Below, piece after piece: positions 19,605 to 30,057 of a DNA stretch of 41,236 bases. A model generated the notes under the pieces. That model was not told the DNA's origin and searched no databases. It worked only from the letters and a program-made list of their open reading frames with translations. A program made the position numbers and the translations under genes. Source of the DNA: a bacterium (lineage in GTDB: Bacteria > UBA8248); NCBI GenBank assembly GCA_965213685.1, contig CBDBZY010000025.1:1-41236 (forward strand), in the 5' to 3' direction. Every line of letters begins with the position of its first letter. Position 1 is the stretch's first letter.

Positions 19605-20591
19605 ATGCGAATCGTGCGGATCGTATCCCTCACAGCCACCATGCTCATGTTCTTCGCGCTTCTCAGCAATCCGTCCGTTTCCGCTGCGCCGACGCGCGTA
19701 TCCGTCGTGGGCTCCGGCCCCGGCACAAGCATCTACGTCATGTATGGCGGCCTGGCCGCCCTGGTGTCCCGGAACTCCAAATCCGTCCAGATGTCGAACA
19801 AGACCACCCGAGGCGCCGTGGAAGACCTCCGGCTTATCGAAGCGAAAAAAGCGGAGTTCGGCCTCGGGGTGGCCGGCCTCGTTCTGCGCGCCCTGAACGG
19901 GAAGAGGCCCTACAAGAAAAAACACGTCAACCTCCGGGGCATGGGCCCCGCCACGGTCTCCATGTTTCAGATGGCTACGTTTCGCAACTCCGGCATTCAA
20001 TCCTTGCAGGATTTGAACGGAAAAACCATCAGCTCGGGCCGCAAGGGAGGGAACGCGCATTTCATGACCGGCCGGCTCATCCAACACGCCGGCCTGAAGG
20101 TGAGACGCGAATACATGACCTTTGGCGCGTTGGCCGACGCGATGAAGGACAATCGCATTCAGGCATTCTCCATCCCCCTGCCCGTCCCGGGGCCGGCGTT
20201 CGTGAAAGCGGCCGCCGCCGCCCCCATCCGTCTGTTGCCCATCACGGGCGCGACGCTTCAAAAATTCCTGAAAGACAGCCCGGCGTATTTCAACGCCCAT
20301 ATCCCGGCCGGCGCATACAATGGCGTCGCGCAGGAGGTGTCCACCGTGGGCTACACCGCCTGGACGGCCGTGGGCGCCCACGTCTCCGCCTCCGTGGTGT
20401 ATGAAGTGGCGCGCATCAATTTTTCCAAGCAGGGACGAGAATTTTTGCCCAAAGTCCACCGCGGCTGGGTCGCGGGGTTCGAGGTGGCCCCCGCCCTGGA
20501 TCAGATGGCCGCCATCGGTCTGCGGATCCACCCCGGCGCAGCAAGGTACTGGAAGGAGAAGGGCTACAAAATCCCCGCCGGCATCCAGTAG
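19605..20591 (+). CDS. TAXI-family TRAP transporter solute-binding protein
   Basis: Signal peptide, 'GSGPGTSIYV', 'T.GAVEDL', 'IQSLQDLNGK.IS.G', C-terminal 'IHPGAARYWKEKG'. Confidence 0.9.
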   Translation: MRIVRIVSLTATMLMFFALLSNPSVSAAPTRVSVVGSGPGTSIYVMYGGLAALVSRNSKSVQMSNKTTRGAVEDLRLIEAKKAEFGLGVAGLVLRALNGKRPYKKKHVNLRGMGPATVSMFQMATFRNSGIQSLQDLNGKTISSGRKGGNAHFMTGRLIQHAGLKVRREYMTFGALADAMKDNRIQAFSIPLPVPGPAFVKAAAAAPIRLLPITGATLQKFLKDSPAYFNAHIPAGAYNGVAQEVSTVGYTAWTAVGAHVSASVVYEVARINFSKQGREFLPKVHRGWVAGFEVAPALDQMAAIGLRIHPGAARYWKEKGYKIPAGIQ

Positions 20592-20707
20592 GGGCATGAG
20601 AGAACCGACCCGTCAGGAAAGAAATACCGGCTGGGCGATTCTCCGCCCCAAGGGGCTCCGCAGCGGCTCCGGTCTTCTCCCGCGTATCTTATGGTAGAGG
20701 CCCGTAC

Positions 20708-21523
20708 ATGAAACTCATCCTCCTGGGCGTGGGCTCGCCTCCCCCATACCCCGGGGCGAGCGGACACGCGAACGGAATCGAGGTCGGCGGAAAACTCTAT
20801 CTCGTGGATGCGGGCAGGAACGTTCCGCGCCAAATCGTGGCCGCCGGCCACAAAATCAGCGCGGCGCACCATCTTTTCTTCACGCATTTTCACTCGGATC
20901 ACTTCACGGGCTTTGGAGATTTCTACATCACGCGCTGGCTGTTCGGGGCGTCGGAAACCCTGCACGTTTATGGGCCGGCGCCCGTGGAGCAGCATGTGGA
21001 GCGGATGCTTCATTACTATGAATACGACATCGAGATTCGCGCGGAGGAAGGCAAGCCGAGGGAGGGACTCGACCTGCGGACAACCGCCGTCTCCCGGGGC
21101 GATTCCCTGGAAATAGACGGGCTGAGAATCCGCGCCGAGAAATGCACGCGCCATGGCAACGTGGACGATATCCTCTCCTACCGATTCGAGGCGGAAGGCA
21201 GAAGCATCGTCATCGCGAGCGATGGGAGTCCGACCGAAAAACTCGTTCCCTTCGCAAGGGACGCCGACGTGCTGATGATGCATCCGTGTCTTCCGGAGTC
21301 TATTGTCGCGCTGCTCGGGCAAACCGAGCACATGGCGAAAATCATTGCGGGCCACCACGCGACGACGGAAGAGATTGGCCGAACGGCGGCCGAGGCGAAC
21401 GTCCGGACCGTCGTCCTGTCTCATCTCACGCCGCCCATGGCGCCCAGGGAGAAAGTCCTGGAAGAGGTAGCGCGGTTTTATGGGGGAAACGTCATTGTCG
21501 GCCAGGATCTGATGCGCATCTGA
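20708..21523 (+). CDS. MBL-fold metallohydrolase (RNase Z/AtsA-like)
   Basis: 'LLGVGSP', 'LVDAG', 'THFHSDH', 'ADVL..H', 'VLSHL.P', 'GQDLM.I'. Confidence 0.9.
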   Translation: MKLILLGVGSPPPYPGASGHANGIEVGGKLYLVDAGRNVPRQIVAAGHKISAAHHLFFTHFHSDHFTGFGDFYITRWLFGASETLHVYGPAPVEQHVERMLHYYEYDIEIRAEEGKPREGLDLRTTAVSRGDSLEIDGLRIRAEKCTRHGNVDDILSYRFEAEGRSIVIASDGSPTEKLVPFARDADVLMMHPCLPESIVALLGQTEHMAKIIAGHHATTEEIGRTAAEANVRTVVLSHLTPPMAPREKVLEEVARFYGGNVIVGQDLMRI

Positions 21524-21644
21524 CAGGGGGGGGGGGCGACGCACAAAAGGAGCGCGGCGGCGGCCACCCACCCATCAACGTCTCCGGGCCCATCCGCGAT
21601 GCCCGCTGAAGGGCGGTGCGGCGCCCCCTCCTGATGAATCCCTC

Positions 21645-22733
21645 TCAATGCCCCTCGCCCAGCGGCAGCCGCACGGCCTCGCCCGTCTGGGAGGACAACT
21701 CCATCGCTATCGTCACCTCCAGGGTCTGGCGCGCGTCCTCGGGCGTGGCGTGGGTCGTCGCCCGGCCATTGACCACGTGATCCAGCCAGCTCCTCGTCTC
21801 ATCGCCGAGCGGCCCCCAGTAATCGCCCGCCGCCCAGTCGCCGGGGGTCGTGCTGCTCAGAAACGCCGTGTTGATATGATGATCCGGAATATAGGTATGG
21901 GGAATCCCCTTGTCGGTGTATAGCATCTCGTCCTTGTGGTCCTCGTCCAGCATCAAGACGCCGTCCGTCCCGTAAATCTCCATCCGCACGCTTTGGCCCA
22001 GTGCGGGGTATTTCGCGGGCAAGGCGTAGAAAACGCCCAGATTCATCACCGCTCCGTTGTCAAACGTGACGATGGACCAGGTGACGTCGTTCGCGGAATA
22101 GCCGTGTTCCTTGTATATTTTGCCGTTTCCGCGAGCGACCACCTCCACGGGCCGATGTCCCTCCATGAACCAGCAGGTCATGTCCACCCAATACGTGAGC
22201 ACGTCGAGAACGGGGGTGGCGTGGGGGGAGCGCTTGAGAATCTGCAGCCCCTGCGCGCGGGTGTTGCAGGTTCGGCCCATGCCCGCCAGAATCTCCCCCA
22301 GCCTTCCCTGGACAATTTGCTCCTTGGCCATCTGGTAGCGGCGCTTGAAGCGCTGCGCATAGCCGACACGGAGCTCCGTGCCCGTCCTCTCGGCGGCGGA
22401 GAGTATGCGGTCGGCGTCCTCCAGCGTCAGGGAGATGGGTTTTTCCACCAGCACGGGCTTGCCCAGCTCCAGGGCGTGTATGATGGAGTCCGCATGGTCG
22501 TGCTCGGGCGTGGACACGATGACGGTCGTGACGTCGGGGTGTTCTATCACCTCTTCGTTTCTGGCCGTCGCGAGCTGGGCACCCACCTTCTCCCCCAGCT
22601 CCCTCGCCCGCGCCGGGTCGATGTCCGAGACGGCCAAAAATCCGAGAGACGGGTGGCGGGAGACCAGATTCGCCCGCAGCGTTCCAATTCTGCCAGACCC
22701 GACAACGCCCACGCCCAACGCTTGTTCATTCAT
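21645..22733 (-). CDS. Gfo/Idh/MocA family oxidoreductase
   Basis: 'GVVGSGRIG', 'STPEHDH', 'VLVEKP', 'VGYAQRF'. Confidence 0.92.
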   Translation of the reverse strand: MNEQALGVGVVGSGRIGTLRANLVSRHPSLGFLAVSDIDPARARELGEKVGAQLATARNEEVIEHPDVTTVIVSTPEHDHADSIIHALELGKPVLVEKPISLTLEDADRILSAAERTGTELRVGYAQRFKRRYQMAKEQIVQGRLGEILAGMGRTCNTRAQGLQILKRSPHATPVLDVLTYWVDMTCWFMEGHRPVEVVARGNGKIYKEHGYSANDVTWSIVTFDNGAVMNLGVFYALPAKYPALGQSVRMEIYGTDGVLMLDEDHKDEMLYTDKGIPHTYIPDHHINTAFLSSTTPGDWAAGDYWGPLGDETRSWLDHVVNGRATTHATPEDARQTLEVTIAMELSSQTGEAVRLPLGEGH

Positions 22734-22832
22734 TTTTCGCCCTCTGGCAACATGCTGGAATGATGGCTGGATGGCCCCGCACGACGCCCGGAAAACAACA
22801 AACCTCCCGTCCGCCTTCGTCGGGGCGAAACG

Positions 22833-22858
22833 AAAAACCGGCCTCCTGGGAGACCGGT
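22833..22858 (-). terminator. Rho-independent terminator after pnp
   Basis: On the minus strand an ACCGGTCTCC/GGAGGCCGGT stem is followed by a T run, about 30 bp past the pnp stop. Confidence 0.7.
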
Positions 22859-22885
22859 CTCCAGCGTATCAAGAGATTCGCTTCA

Positions 22886-25021
22886 TCAGGTGACGGGGGA
22901 GTAGTATTGCTTCCATTCCTCAGACAATTCCTCTTCTTTCACGTCTTTCATGGAAAGGCGAATTCTCCCGTTTCCCTCCACCTCGACGCACTTCACCAGT
23001 ATTTTCTGTCCCTCTTTCAGGACATCGCCCACTGAACCGATTCTCCTCTTCGCGATCATGCTGATGTGACAAAGGCCGTCCGTGCCCGGGAATATCTCGA
23101 CAAACGCCCCGAAATCCATAATCTTCCGCACCGTGCCGTAATAAATCCTCCCCTTCTCGGCTTCCTGCGTGAGTTCGCGGATGATTTCCATCGCCCGCAG
23201 GGCCGCCGCCTCGTCCGTGGAGGAGATGAAGATGGTCCCGTCATCCTCAATGTCCACGTCCGCGCCCGTCTCCTCGACGATTCCGCGAATCACCTTTCCG
23301 CCCGGTCCTATCACGTCCCGGACGCGATCCTTGGAAACCTGCATCGTCATAATCCTCGGCGCGTAGGGAGATATCTCCGCGCTTGGCCGGGAGATCACCT
23401 TGTCCATCTGCTCCAGCACGTGCATGCGCGCGTCGTTCGCCTGTGCCAGGGCCTCTCTGACGAGGCTGAGTTGCAGCCCCTTGATCTTGATGTCCATCTG
23501 GAGGGCGGTAATGCCGTCCCGCGTGCCGCCGACCTTGAAATCCATATCCCCCAGGTGATCTTCCAGCCCCAGAATATCGGTGAGTATCGCAGTTCTGCCG
23601 GTGGACTCCTCGCTGATCAGCCCCATGGCGATGCCGGCCACCGGAGAGGTTATCGGCACGCCCGCATCCATCAAGGCCAGGCTGGCGCCGCAGATGGTCG
23701 CCATGGAGGAGCTGCCGTTGCTCTCCGTGATGTCCGAGACCACGCGGATGGTATAGGGGAAATCCTCCTGCTCCGGCAATATCGCCTGCACGGCGCGCGA
23801 GGCGAGCGCCCCGTGGCCGATCTCCCGGCGGCCGGGGCCGCGATTCGGCTTCGCCTCGCCGACGCTGAATCCGGGGAAATTGTAATGCAGCAGAAACGTT
23901 CGGTCGGCCTTGCCGTCGAGCGTGTCTATCAACTGCGCATCCGAAGCAGTCCCCAGCGTCACCGTCACTATCGCCTGGGTTTCGCCCCGCGTGAACAACG
24001 CGCTGCCGTGGGGCCTGGCCAGGGGGGCTCTGCGGATGGTGATCGGCCGCACGTCCCGAAGCGACCGCCCATCCGCACGCTTTCCCTCTTCCAGAATCAG
24101 GCCGCGAAAAACCTCTTTTTCGACCCGCCCGAAATAATCAGCGACGACTCCCTTCTCCGGTGCTCCCTCCTCGCCCGTGCAAAGGGAATCGACCGCGGCG
24201 TCTCTCGCCGCGCCGATCGCGCCATACTGCCCTTCCTTGTCGTGGATATCGGCAGCCGCCCTCAATCCGGGAGCGGCAATCTCCCGAACCCTCTCCATCA
24301 GGCCCGCATCCTCCTCCTCCGTCTCGATGACGCGCTTCGCTTTTCCGCACTCCGCCCTCAGTCCCTCCTGCAGGGAACAGAGCTCCCGGATGACGGCATG
24401 GCCCCTCTCAAAAGCTTCCATGTATACGTCTTCGGAAACCTCGAAGCTGCCGGCCTCCACCATGACCATCGCGTCCGCTGTTCCGGCCATCACGCAATTC
24501 ACGTCGCTGTCGATTTGCTGTTCGACCGTCGGGTTGACGATGATCTCGCCATCGATTCTTCCGACGCGAACGGCCCCGATGGGACCGGCGAAGGGAATAT
24601 CCGAAATGTGCAGGGCGGCGGAGGTTCCGTTGATCGCCAGAATGTCGGAATCGTTCAGCTTGTCGTAAGACATGACCATCACCTGAATCATCGTCTCGCA
24701 ACGAAACTCCTTGGGGAAAAGAGGGCGAATCGGCCTGTCGATCAGGCGGCAGGTGAGCGTTTCCCTCTCGCCGGGCCGCGCTTCGCGCCGGAAGAAGTTG
24801 CCGGGAATAATTCCCGCCGCGTAGAAAAACTCCCGATAATCCACGGTCAGGGGGAAGAAGTCCACCCCCTCGCGAGGGGAGGAGGATGCGCAGGCCGCAC
24901 ACAGCACGCTGGTCTCGCCGTAGTGCATCATCACGGCACCTCCGGCCTGCTTGGCGATCTCGCCCGTCTCAAAGGCGAGGGTGTAACCATTGATGGATAT
25001 GTCTTTGCGATATGGTGGCAT
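22886..25021 (-). CDS. pnp: Polyribonucleotide nucleotidyltransferase (PNPase)
   Basis: 'DFFPLTVDY', 'RLIDRPIRP', 'FTRGETQ', 'RREIGHG', 'ESNGSSSMA', 'DMDFKV', KH and S1 domains. Confidence 0.99.
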   Translation of the reverse strand: MPPYRKDISINGYTLAFETGEIAKQAGGAVMMHYGETSVLCAACASSSPREGVDFFPLTVDYREFFYAAGIIPGNFFRREARPGERETLTCRLIDRPIRPLFPKEFRCETMIQVMVMSYDKLNDSDILAINGTSAALHISDIPFAGPIGAVRVGRIDGEIIVNPTVEQQIDSDVNCVMAGTADAMVMVEAGSFEVSEDVYMEAFERGHAVIRELCSLQEGLRAECGKAKRVIETEEEDAGLMERVREIAAPGLRAAADIHDKEGQYGAIGAARDAAVDSLCTGEEGAPEKGVVADYFGRVEKEVFRGLILEEGKRADGRSLRDVRPITIRRAPLARPHGSALFTRGETQAIVTVTLGTASDAQLIDTLDGKADRTFLLHYNFPGFSVGEAKPNRGPGRREIGHGALASRAVQAILPEQEDFPYTIRVVSDITESNGSSSMATICGASLALMDAGVPITSPVAGIAMGLISEESTGRTAILTDILGLEDHLGDMDFKVGGTRDGITALQMDIKIKGLQLSLVREALAQANDARMHVLEQMDKVISRPSAEISPYAPRIMTMQVSKDRVRDVIGPGGKVIRGIVEETGADVDIEDDGTIFISSTDEAAALRAMEIIRELTQEAEKGRIYYGTVRKIMDFGAFVEIFPGTDGLCHISMIAKRRIGSVGDVLKEGQKILVKCVEVEGNGRIRLSMKDVKEEELSEEWKQYYSPVT

Positions 25022-25053
25022 TGGATGACTTCCCTCTGGGGCGGGGGCCCCGT

Positions 25054-25323
25054 CTAGCGACGCAGGCCGAGGTCCTGAATGATCGTCCGGTAGCGGTTGA
25101 TGTCCTTCTCTTTCAGGTAATCCAGAAGGCGACGCCGCTGACCCACGAGTTTCAGTAGCCCTCTTCGGGAATGGTGATCCTTCTTGTGGGTCTTGAAGTG
25201 GCTGGTGAGGTAGGTAATGCGCTCGGTAAGAATAGCTACCTGAACCTCTGGCGAACCGGTGTCGGTGCCATGCGTGCGAAACTTTTCAATAACTTCGGAT
25301 TTCCGCTCCTTCGCTAGGGGCAT
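25054..25323 (-). CDS. rpsO: 30S ribosomal protein S15
   Basis: '[17 protein letters not shown]...[11 protein letters not shown]'; 89 aa from ATG 25323 with GGAGG RBS. Confidence 0.99.
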   Translation of the reverse strand: MPLAKERKSEVIEKFRTHGTDTGSPEVQVAILTERITYLTSHFKTHKKDHHSRRGLLKLVGQRRRLLDYLKEKDINRYRTIIQDLGLRR

Positions 25324-25411
25324 TTCTTTCGCTTCCTCCACTCCCTGTGATGTATCGTCCCGGGCCCTCCCGGGACGCATTCACTCGCGCAACCTTCTCG
25401 AAACCGCGCGG

Positions 25412-25440
25412 ATTCTATATGACTTTGCCGTCAATGTAAA
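25412..25440 (-). promoter_or_regulatory. sigma70-type promoter for rpsO-pnp
   Basis: Minus strand TTTACA-N17-TAGAAT. Confidence 0.65.
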
Positions 25441-25464
25441 TACAAATCGCATCCTCTCGCGACG

Positions 25465-26391
25465 CTACGCGAGAAATACCTTCTCGGGGGCCACGAGCCC
25501 CCGGCCGCGCCTTCGCCTGTCCGCGCCCACCATCTTCCCGACCGCCAACAACTCTCCCGGCTCGTTCAGCATACGGACCCGGGCATCCGCCGGCAAATCC
25601 ACCGCCTGCCGAACATCCTCCGTCCGGATGGGCGCGCCGTTCAACACCCTCGCCTCCGCGCCCGGAAGCACGTATATGGCGGGCAAATGGGCGAGCGCCC
25701 GGGCCGGACTCATGAGGAGTTCTCCCAGCCGATTCCCTTTCGCATGGCCCTGCGCCTCCTCCAGGGAAACGGAATCGGCGATCTCAAAGGGACCCAGCGC
25801 GGTGCGCGTAAGCGCCTGCAGGCACCCGCCAGCGCCCTGGTTCGCGCCGATGTCGTGGCAGATGGAGCGAATGTACGTTCCCCGGGAGCACGTCACGTCA
25901 AAGGTGAGCTGTGGACCGTCCATTCGCACCGCACGTATCCGGAACACCTCGATGGGCCGCTTTTCCCTGTCCACCTCCTTGCCGGAGCGCGCCAACTCAT
26001 GGAGACGCTTTCCGTCGACTTTCAGGGCGGAGTACATCGGCGGCACCTGGGTCGTCTTGCCCAGCATGGCGTTCAAAAGCTCCTGGGCCTGCGGAAGCGT
26101 CATGTCGCCGGGTTCGGATTCCGACAACAACCTTCCCGTAATGTCCTGGGTATCCGTCACGCGCCCGAACAGCATGACGGCGCGATACGTTTTCTGACAC
26201 TCCAGAAAGTATGGGAACAATTTGGTGGAGCTGCCGACGCAAATGGGCAACACGCCCTCGGCCATGGGGTCGAGCGTTCCCGCATGGCCCACTTTCGTCT
26301 TTCGGGGGAGCAGCCTCCGCACCGCATCGACCATATCGTGCGAGGTGGGCCCATGCCCTTTCCGGAGGTTCAATACCCCTGAGAGTTCCAA
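25465..26391 (-). CDS. truB: tRNA pseudouridine(55) synthase
   Basis: 'KVGHAGTLDP', 'QVPPMYSALK', 'CSRGTYIRS'. Confidence 0.98.
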   Translation of the reverse strand: MELSGVLNLRKGHGPTSHDMVDAVRRLLPRKTKVGHAGTLDPMAEGVLPICVGSSTKLFPYFLECQKTYRAVMLFGRVTDTQDITGRLLSESEPGDMTLPQAQELLNAMLGKTTQVPPMYSALKVDGKRLHELARSGKEVDREKRPIEVFRIRAVRMDGPQLTFDVTCSRGTYIRSICHDIGANQGAGGCLQALTRTALGPFEIADSVSLEEAQGHAKGNRLGELLMSPARALAHLPAIYVLPGAEARVLNGAPIRTEDVRQAVDLPADARVRMLNEPGELLAVGKMVGADRRRRGRGLVAPEKVFLA

Positions 26392-26765
26392 CGTCCCGTC
26401 CTTTCTCCATCCTGTTTCCTGGCACCGGCCAACAGCCGCTCGATTTCATCGCTGTGCGCCAGGCCGCGATCAGGGAAAAAACGCAGCCTCGGCGTCCTTT
26501 TCAGCTGCAATCGTTCGCCCAGCTTTCTTTGCAGGAAGCCGCCGGCGCGCTCCAGCCCCCTGCCCCCCTCTTCGCGCTCCTCGGAAGTGCCCTGCTCCTC
26601 TCCGTAGCGGCTGAAGAAGACCTTCGCCGCCCGCAGGTCGGGAGACATTTCCACGCGCGTGATCACCACATGCCGCACGCGCGGGTCCTTCACGTCCCGC
26701 ATCACGAGATTCGCCAGTTCCGACTGTATGAGTTCCGCCACGCGCAACATGCGGGAATTGCCCAT
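26370..26765 (-). CDS. rbfA: 30S ribosome-binding factor A
   Basis: 'KDPR...V.IT.V.MSPDL..AKV', 'TPRLRF..D'; operon position. Confidence 0.96.
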   Translation of the reverse strand: MGNSRMLRVAELIQSELANLVMRDVKDPRVRHVVITRVEMSPDLRAAKVFFSRYGEEQGTSEEREEGGRGLERAGGFLQRKLGERLQLKRTPRLRFFPDRGLAHSDEIERLLAGARKQDGERTGRWNSQGY

Positions 26766-26787
26766 CCGCCCGTCCGCTCCCCCGGAA

Positions 26788-27072
26788 TCAAAAAATTTCG
26801 ACGTCAAAATCCAGCAAAACCACCGGCCCGGCTCTCTCCAGAAAGTTCACCGCCTTGCGCAGCTGGCTGTCCACGAACCGCGCGTCATTGCTTACCATAC
26901 CCACGCCGATGCGACACCTTTGCCATTTGTCCTGAAAGTCGACCTCCGCAACGGATACGTTAAACCGCTGACGCAGGCGCGTCGTGATGGACTGCACCAC
27001 CTTGCGCTTCGCCTTGAGGGACTGGCATTCGGGAATCTGCATATCTATCGTCAGAAGGCCAACGACGGGCAT
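26788..27072 (-). CDS. DUF503 (YlxP-like) protein
   Basis: 'SLKAKRKVV.S...RL...FNVSVAEV..QD.W'; lies between infB and rbfA. Confidence 0.92.
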   Translation of the reverse strand: MPVVGLLTIDMQIPECQSLKAKRKVVQSITTRLRQRFNVSVAEVDFQDKWQRCRIGVGMVSNDARFVDSQLRKAVNFLERAGPVVLLDFDVEIF

Positions 27073-27109
27073 GGACGCGAAAATCCCGGAAGAGGGGGGA
27101 CGAATCCGC

Positions 27110-29394
27110 CTAGAGGGTGCGGGATATTTCTTCCGTGATATACGGCTCTATGATATCGCCTTGCTTGATGTCGTTATACTTCTCGATTCCGATTCCACAT
27201 TCATAACCGGACTGCACCTCGTTGACGTCATCCTTGAAACGCCGCAAAGAGGAAATCCTGCCCGTGTAAATCACCACGTTATCCCGAATGAGGCGGACTT
27301 TGGAGTTTCTGTTGACGTGGCCATCGCTGACGTAGCAGCCCGCCACCGTCCCCACGTTCGGGACGTGGAAGAGTTCTCGAATTTCTGCGTGCCCGCGCAC
27401 CACTTCGCGCCGGACGGGTTCGAGGATTCCCTCGAGTGCCAGCTTGACTTCATCGATGGCGTCATAAATGACGGAATACAGGCGGACATCCACCTTTTCG
27501 CGCTTCGCGACTTCGGTGGCACCGGGCGTCGGGCGCACGTTGAACCCGACGATGACGGCCGCCGACGCGGCCGCGAGCATCACGTCGGTCTCCGTGATCC
27601 CGCCGACCGCGCTGTGCAGAACATCGACGCCCACCTCGTCATTGCCCAGCTTGCCGAGAGACTCCTTCAACGCCTCTATGCTCCCCTGGACGTCCGCCTT
27701 GAGGATCAAGCGCAACTCCTTTGCCCCGCTCTCGCCCGCGCTTTCCATAAAACTCTCCAGGGAGACGCGCGCGGAGGCCATGAGCGCCGCGATGCGCTCG
27801 CGCTGCTGGCGCTTGGAGCTGATCTCCCGCGCCATCTTCTCATCCTCGAGAACCGTGAACGTATCCCCGGCTTCGGGCACCCCGGCAAACCCCAGAATCT
27901 CGACCGGCGTGGAGGGTCCCGCGGATTTCAGCTTGCGCCCCTGATCGTCGAGCAGCGCGCGCACCTTGCCGTTCCACTTCCCCCGCCACGAAGTTGTCGC
28001 TCACGCCCAGAGTCCCGTGCTGGACGAGAACCGTGGCCACCGGGCCGCGCCCCCTGTCCAGCTTCGCCTCGACGACGACCCCGTTTGCGGGCCGGTTCGG
28101 GTTCGCCTTCAGCTCCATGAGTTCGGCCTGCAGAATGGCCACATCCAGCAGATCGTCGATCCCGATGTTCTCTTTTGCGGAAACCTCGGAATACACCGTA
28201 TCGCCGCCCCAGCCCTCCGGGATCAAACCCAGCGTCGACAGCTGCTGCTTGACCCTGTCGGGATTCGCGTCGGCCAGGTCCATCTTGTTCATGGCCACCA
28301 TGATCGGCACCTCGGCCGCCTTCGCGTGATCGATGGCCTCCCGCGTCTGGGGCATCACTCCCTCGTTCGCCGCCACGACGATGATCACCAAATCCGTCAC
28401 GCGCGCCCCACGCGCCCGCATGGCGGTGAAGGCCTCATGGCCAGGGGTGTCCAGAAACACGGCCGTCCCCTTGTCGGTGGTGACCCGATACGCACCGATA
28501 TGCTGCGTGATGCCGCCGGCCTCGCCCTCCATCACGTTCGCCTTCCGGATGGCGTCGAGAAGCCTCGTCTTCCCGTGGTCGACATGGCCCATGATGGTTA
28601 TCACGGGGGCCCTCGGCCTCAGGTCTTCCGCCTTGTCCTCCTGCTGAATCAGCAGATCCTCGATGTTGTCCTTGGATATCTCGACCTCATAGCCAAAGGC
28701 TTCGGAGACCCCCATGGCCGTGTTGTGATCTATCATTTGATTGATCGTCGTCATCTGGCCCTTCTTCATCAACTCCTTGATGACTTCGGTCGCCTTGACG
28801 CTGATCTTCTCGGCGAGCTCCTTCACCGTTATCGTCTCCGCAATGCGGACGCGCCCGCCATGCCGCCGGACGGGTTTCTCCCTGGGCGCGACGACCCGCG
28901 GAACCTCGGGGGGCACAGGCGGCGCGGCGACTTCCTCTTTTTGGGGCGGCGGAGGCGCCTGCGTGGGCACGGACTGCCTCTCCGCTGCGGGCTCGTCTTT
29001 TTTCGGCTCCGGCGCCTCGACGCGGGCCGCAGGTTCCGACGCAACGGGCGTCTCCGCTCGCGCGTCTTTCCCGGAACGAGGGGGACTTCTTGGTGGATTT
29101 CTCCCCGGATTCTTTTCCATCCGGGTCGGCCGTGCCGGTTTCCTCGTCCGGGGCAACCGCGACGGTCTCCTTCTTCGGAGCCTTCTCCTCGTCCGCGCTT
29201 TGGCGCGCCTTCTCTTTCCCTTTCTCCTGCACCGCCTCCTGGGAGAAGAGCGCTACCACCAGCTCCGCCGTCTCATCGTCCACGGTGCTCATATGGCTTT
29301 TGACTACGATTCCCTCCCTGGCCAATTCCTCGACAAAAGACCTGCTGTCATACCCAAGATTCTTAGCCAGTTCGTATACGCGCATATTCGCCAT
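27110..29394 (-). CDS. infB: Translation initiation factor IF-2, split by two apparent single-base indels
   Basis: N-terminal 'MRVYELAK', G-domain 'GHVDHGKT', 'DTPGH', 'NKMD', C-terminal 'KADVQGS', 'GYECGI'. Removing one base from the runs at 29080-29084 and 27980-27984 restores one frame. Confidence 0.96.
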
Positions 29395-29444
29395 AAGGCC
29401 TCCACCACAAATGATTCACACCCGAAACCGGATGAACGATAAGT

Positions 29445-30038
29445 CTACAACGAACCCTCCGAACGATTCCCGCCGCAGCCTCGGCCCATCGCCTTCTCCT
29501 GCGTCAAGCGCAAGCGAATGCTCTCCGCAAGCAGGGAATCCTCCACGAACAGCAAGCCCACCGGCTTTCGTCTCAACAACCCTCCCAGTTCGTCCATATC
29601 AAAAGGCAAAATATTAAATTCTTCCGACACACGTTTCAAGCGCATCAAACTTTTCGCCGACACGTCCCTGGAAACGAACAATTTCCCGGCACCAGAGCGC
29701 CTTATCTTTTGCAGCACCGCATCCTTGCCCGCGGCGAGCACCCCCTTTCTCCGGGAGGCGCTCAACAAACCCCGGATATTTTGGCGAAGCAGGTCCCGCA
29801 CGTTCTGCGTCAACGCATTCGCGTCCATTCGCACATTCTTTCTCTTCAGCGCGGCTTCCAGGCGATTCGACCGAACCAGCCGTGAAACACAACCTGCGTC
29901 AAAGCAGCAGTGGGCGCCTCTTCCCGGCAATCTGCTTCCCAACTCACAAACGAGGCTCCGCTCCGGACCGCCCACCATCCGGAAGAAGAGATGCGCGCCG
30001 CCCTTCTTTCGGCAAGCCACGCAGGTTCTCTCGGGCAA
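29445..30038 (-). CDS. ylxR: YlxR/DUF448 domain fused to an L7Ae-like domain
   Basis: 'PERTCVACR', 'PGRGAHCC', followed by L7Ae-like 'LL..SRRKG.L..G...V' and 'ELG.LL'; lies between nusA and infB. Confidence 0.85.
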   Translation of the reverse strand: MPERTCVACRKKGGAHLFFRMVGGPERSLVCELGSRLPGRGAHCCFDAGCVSRLVRSNRLEAALKRKNVRMDANALTQNVRDLLRQNIRGLLSASRRKGVLAAGKDAVLQKIRRSGAGKLFVSRDVSAKSLMRLKRVSEEFNILPFDMDELGGLLRRKPVGLLFVEDSLLAESIRLRLTQEKAMGRGCGGNRSEGSL

Positions 30039-30057
30039 CGCTCATTCCCTTGCCGTT

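Noticed and set aside
27960-29100. Programmed frameshifting in infB
   Set aside because: No canonical slippery heptamer, and the same homopolymer error pattern appears in unrelated genes.
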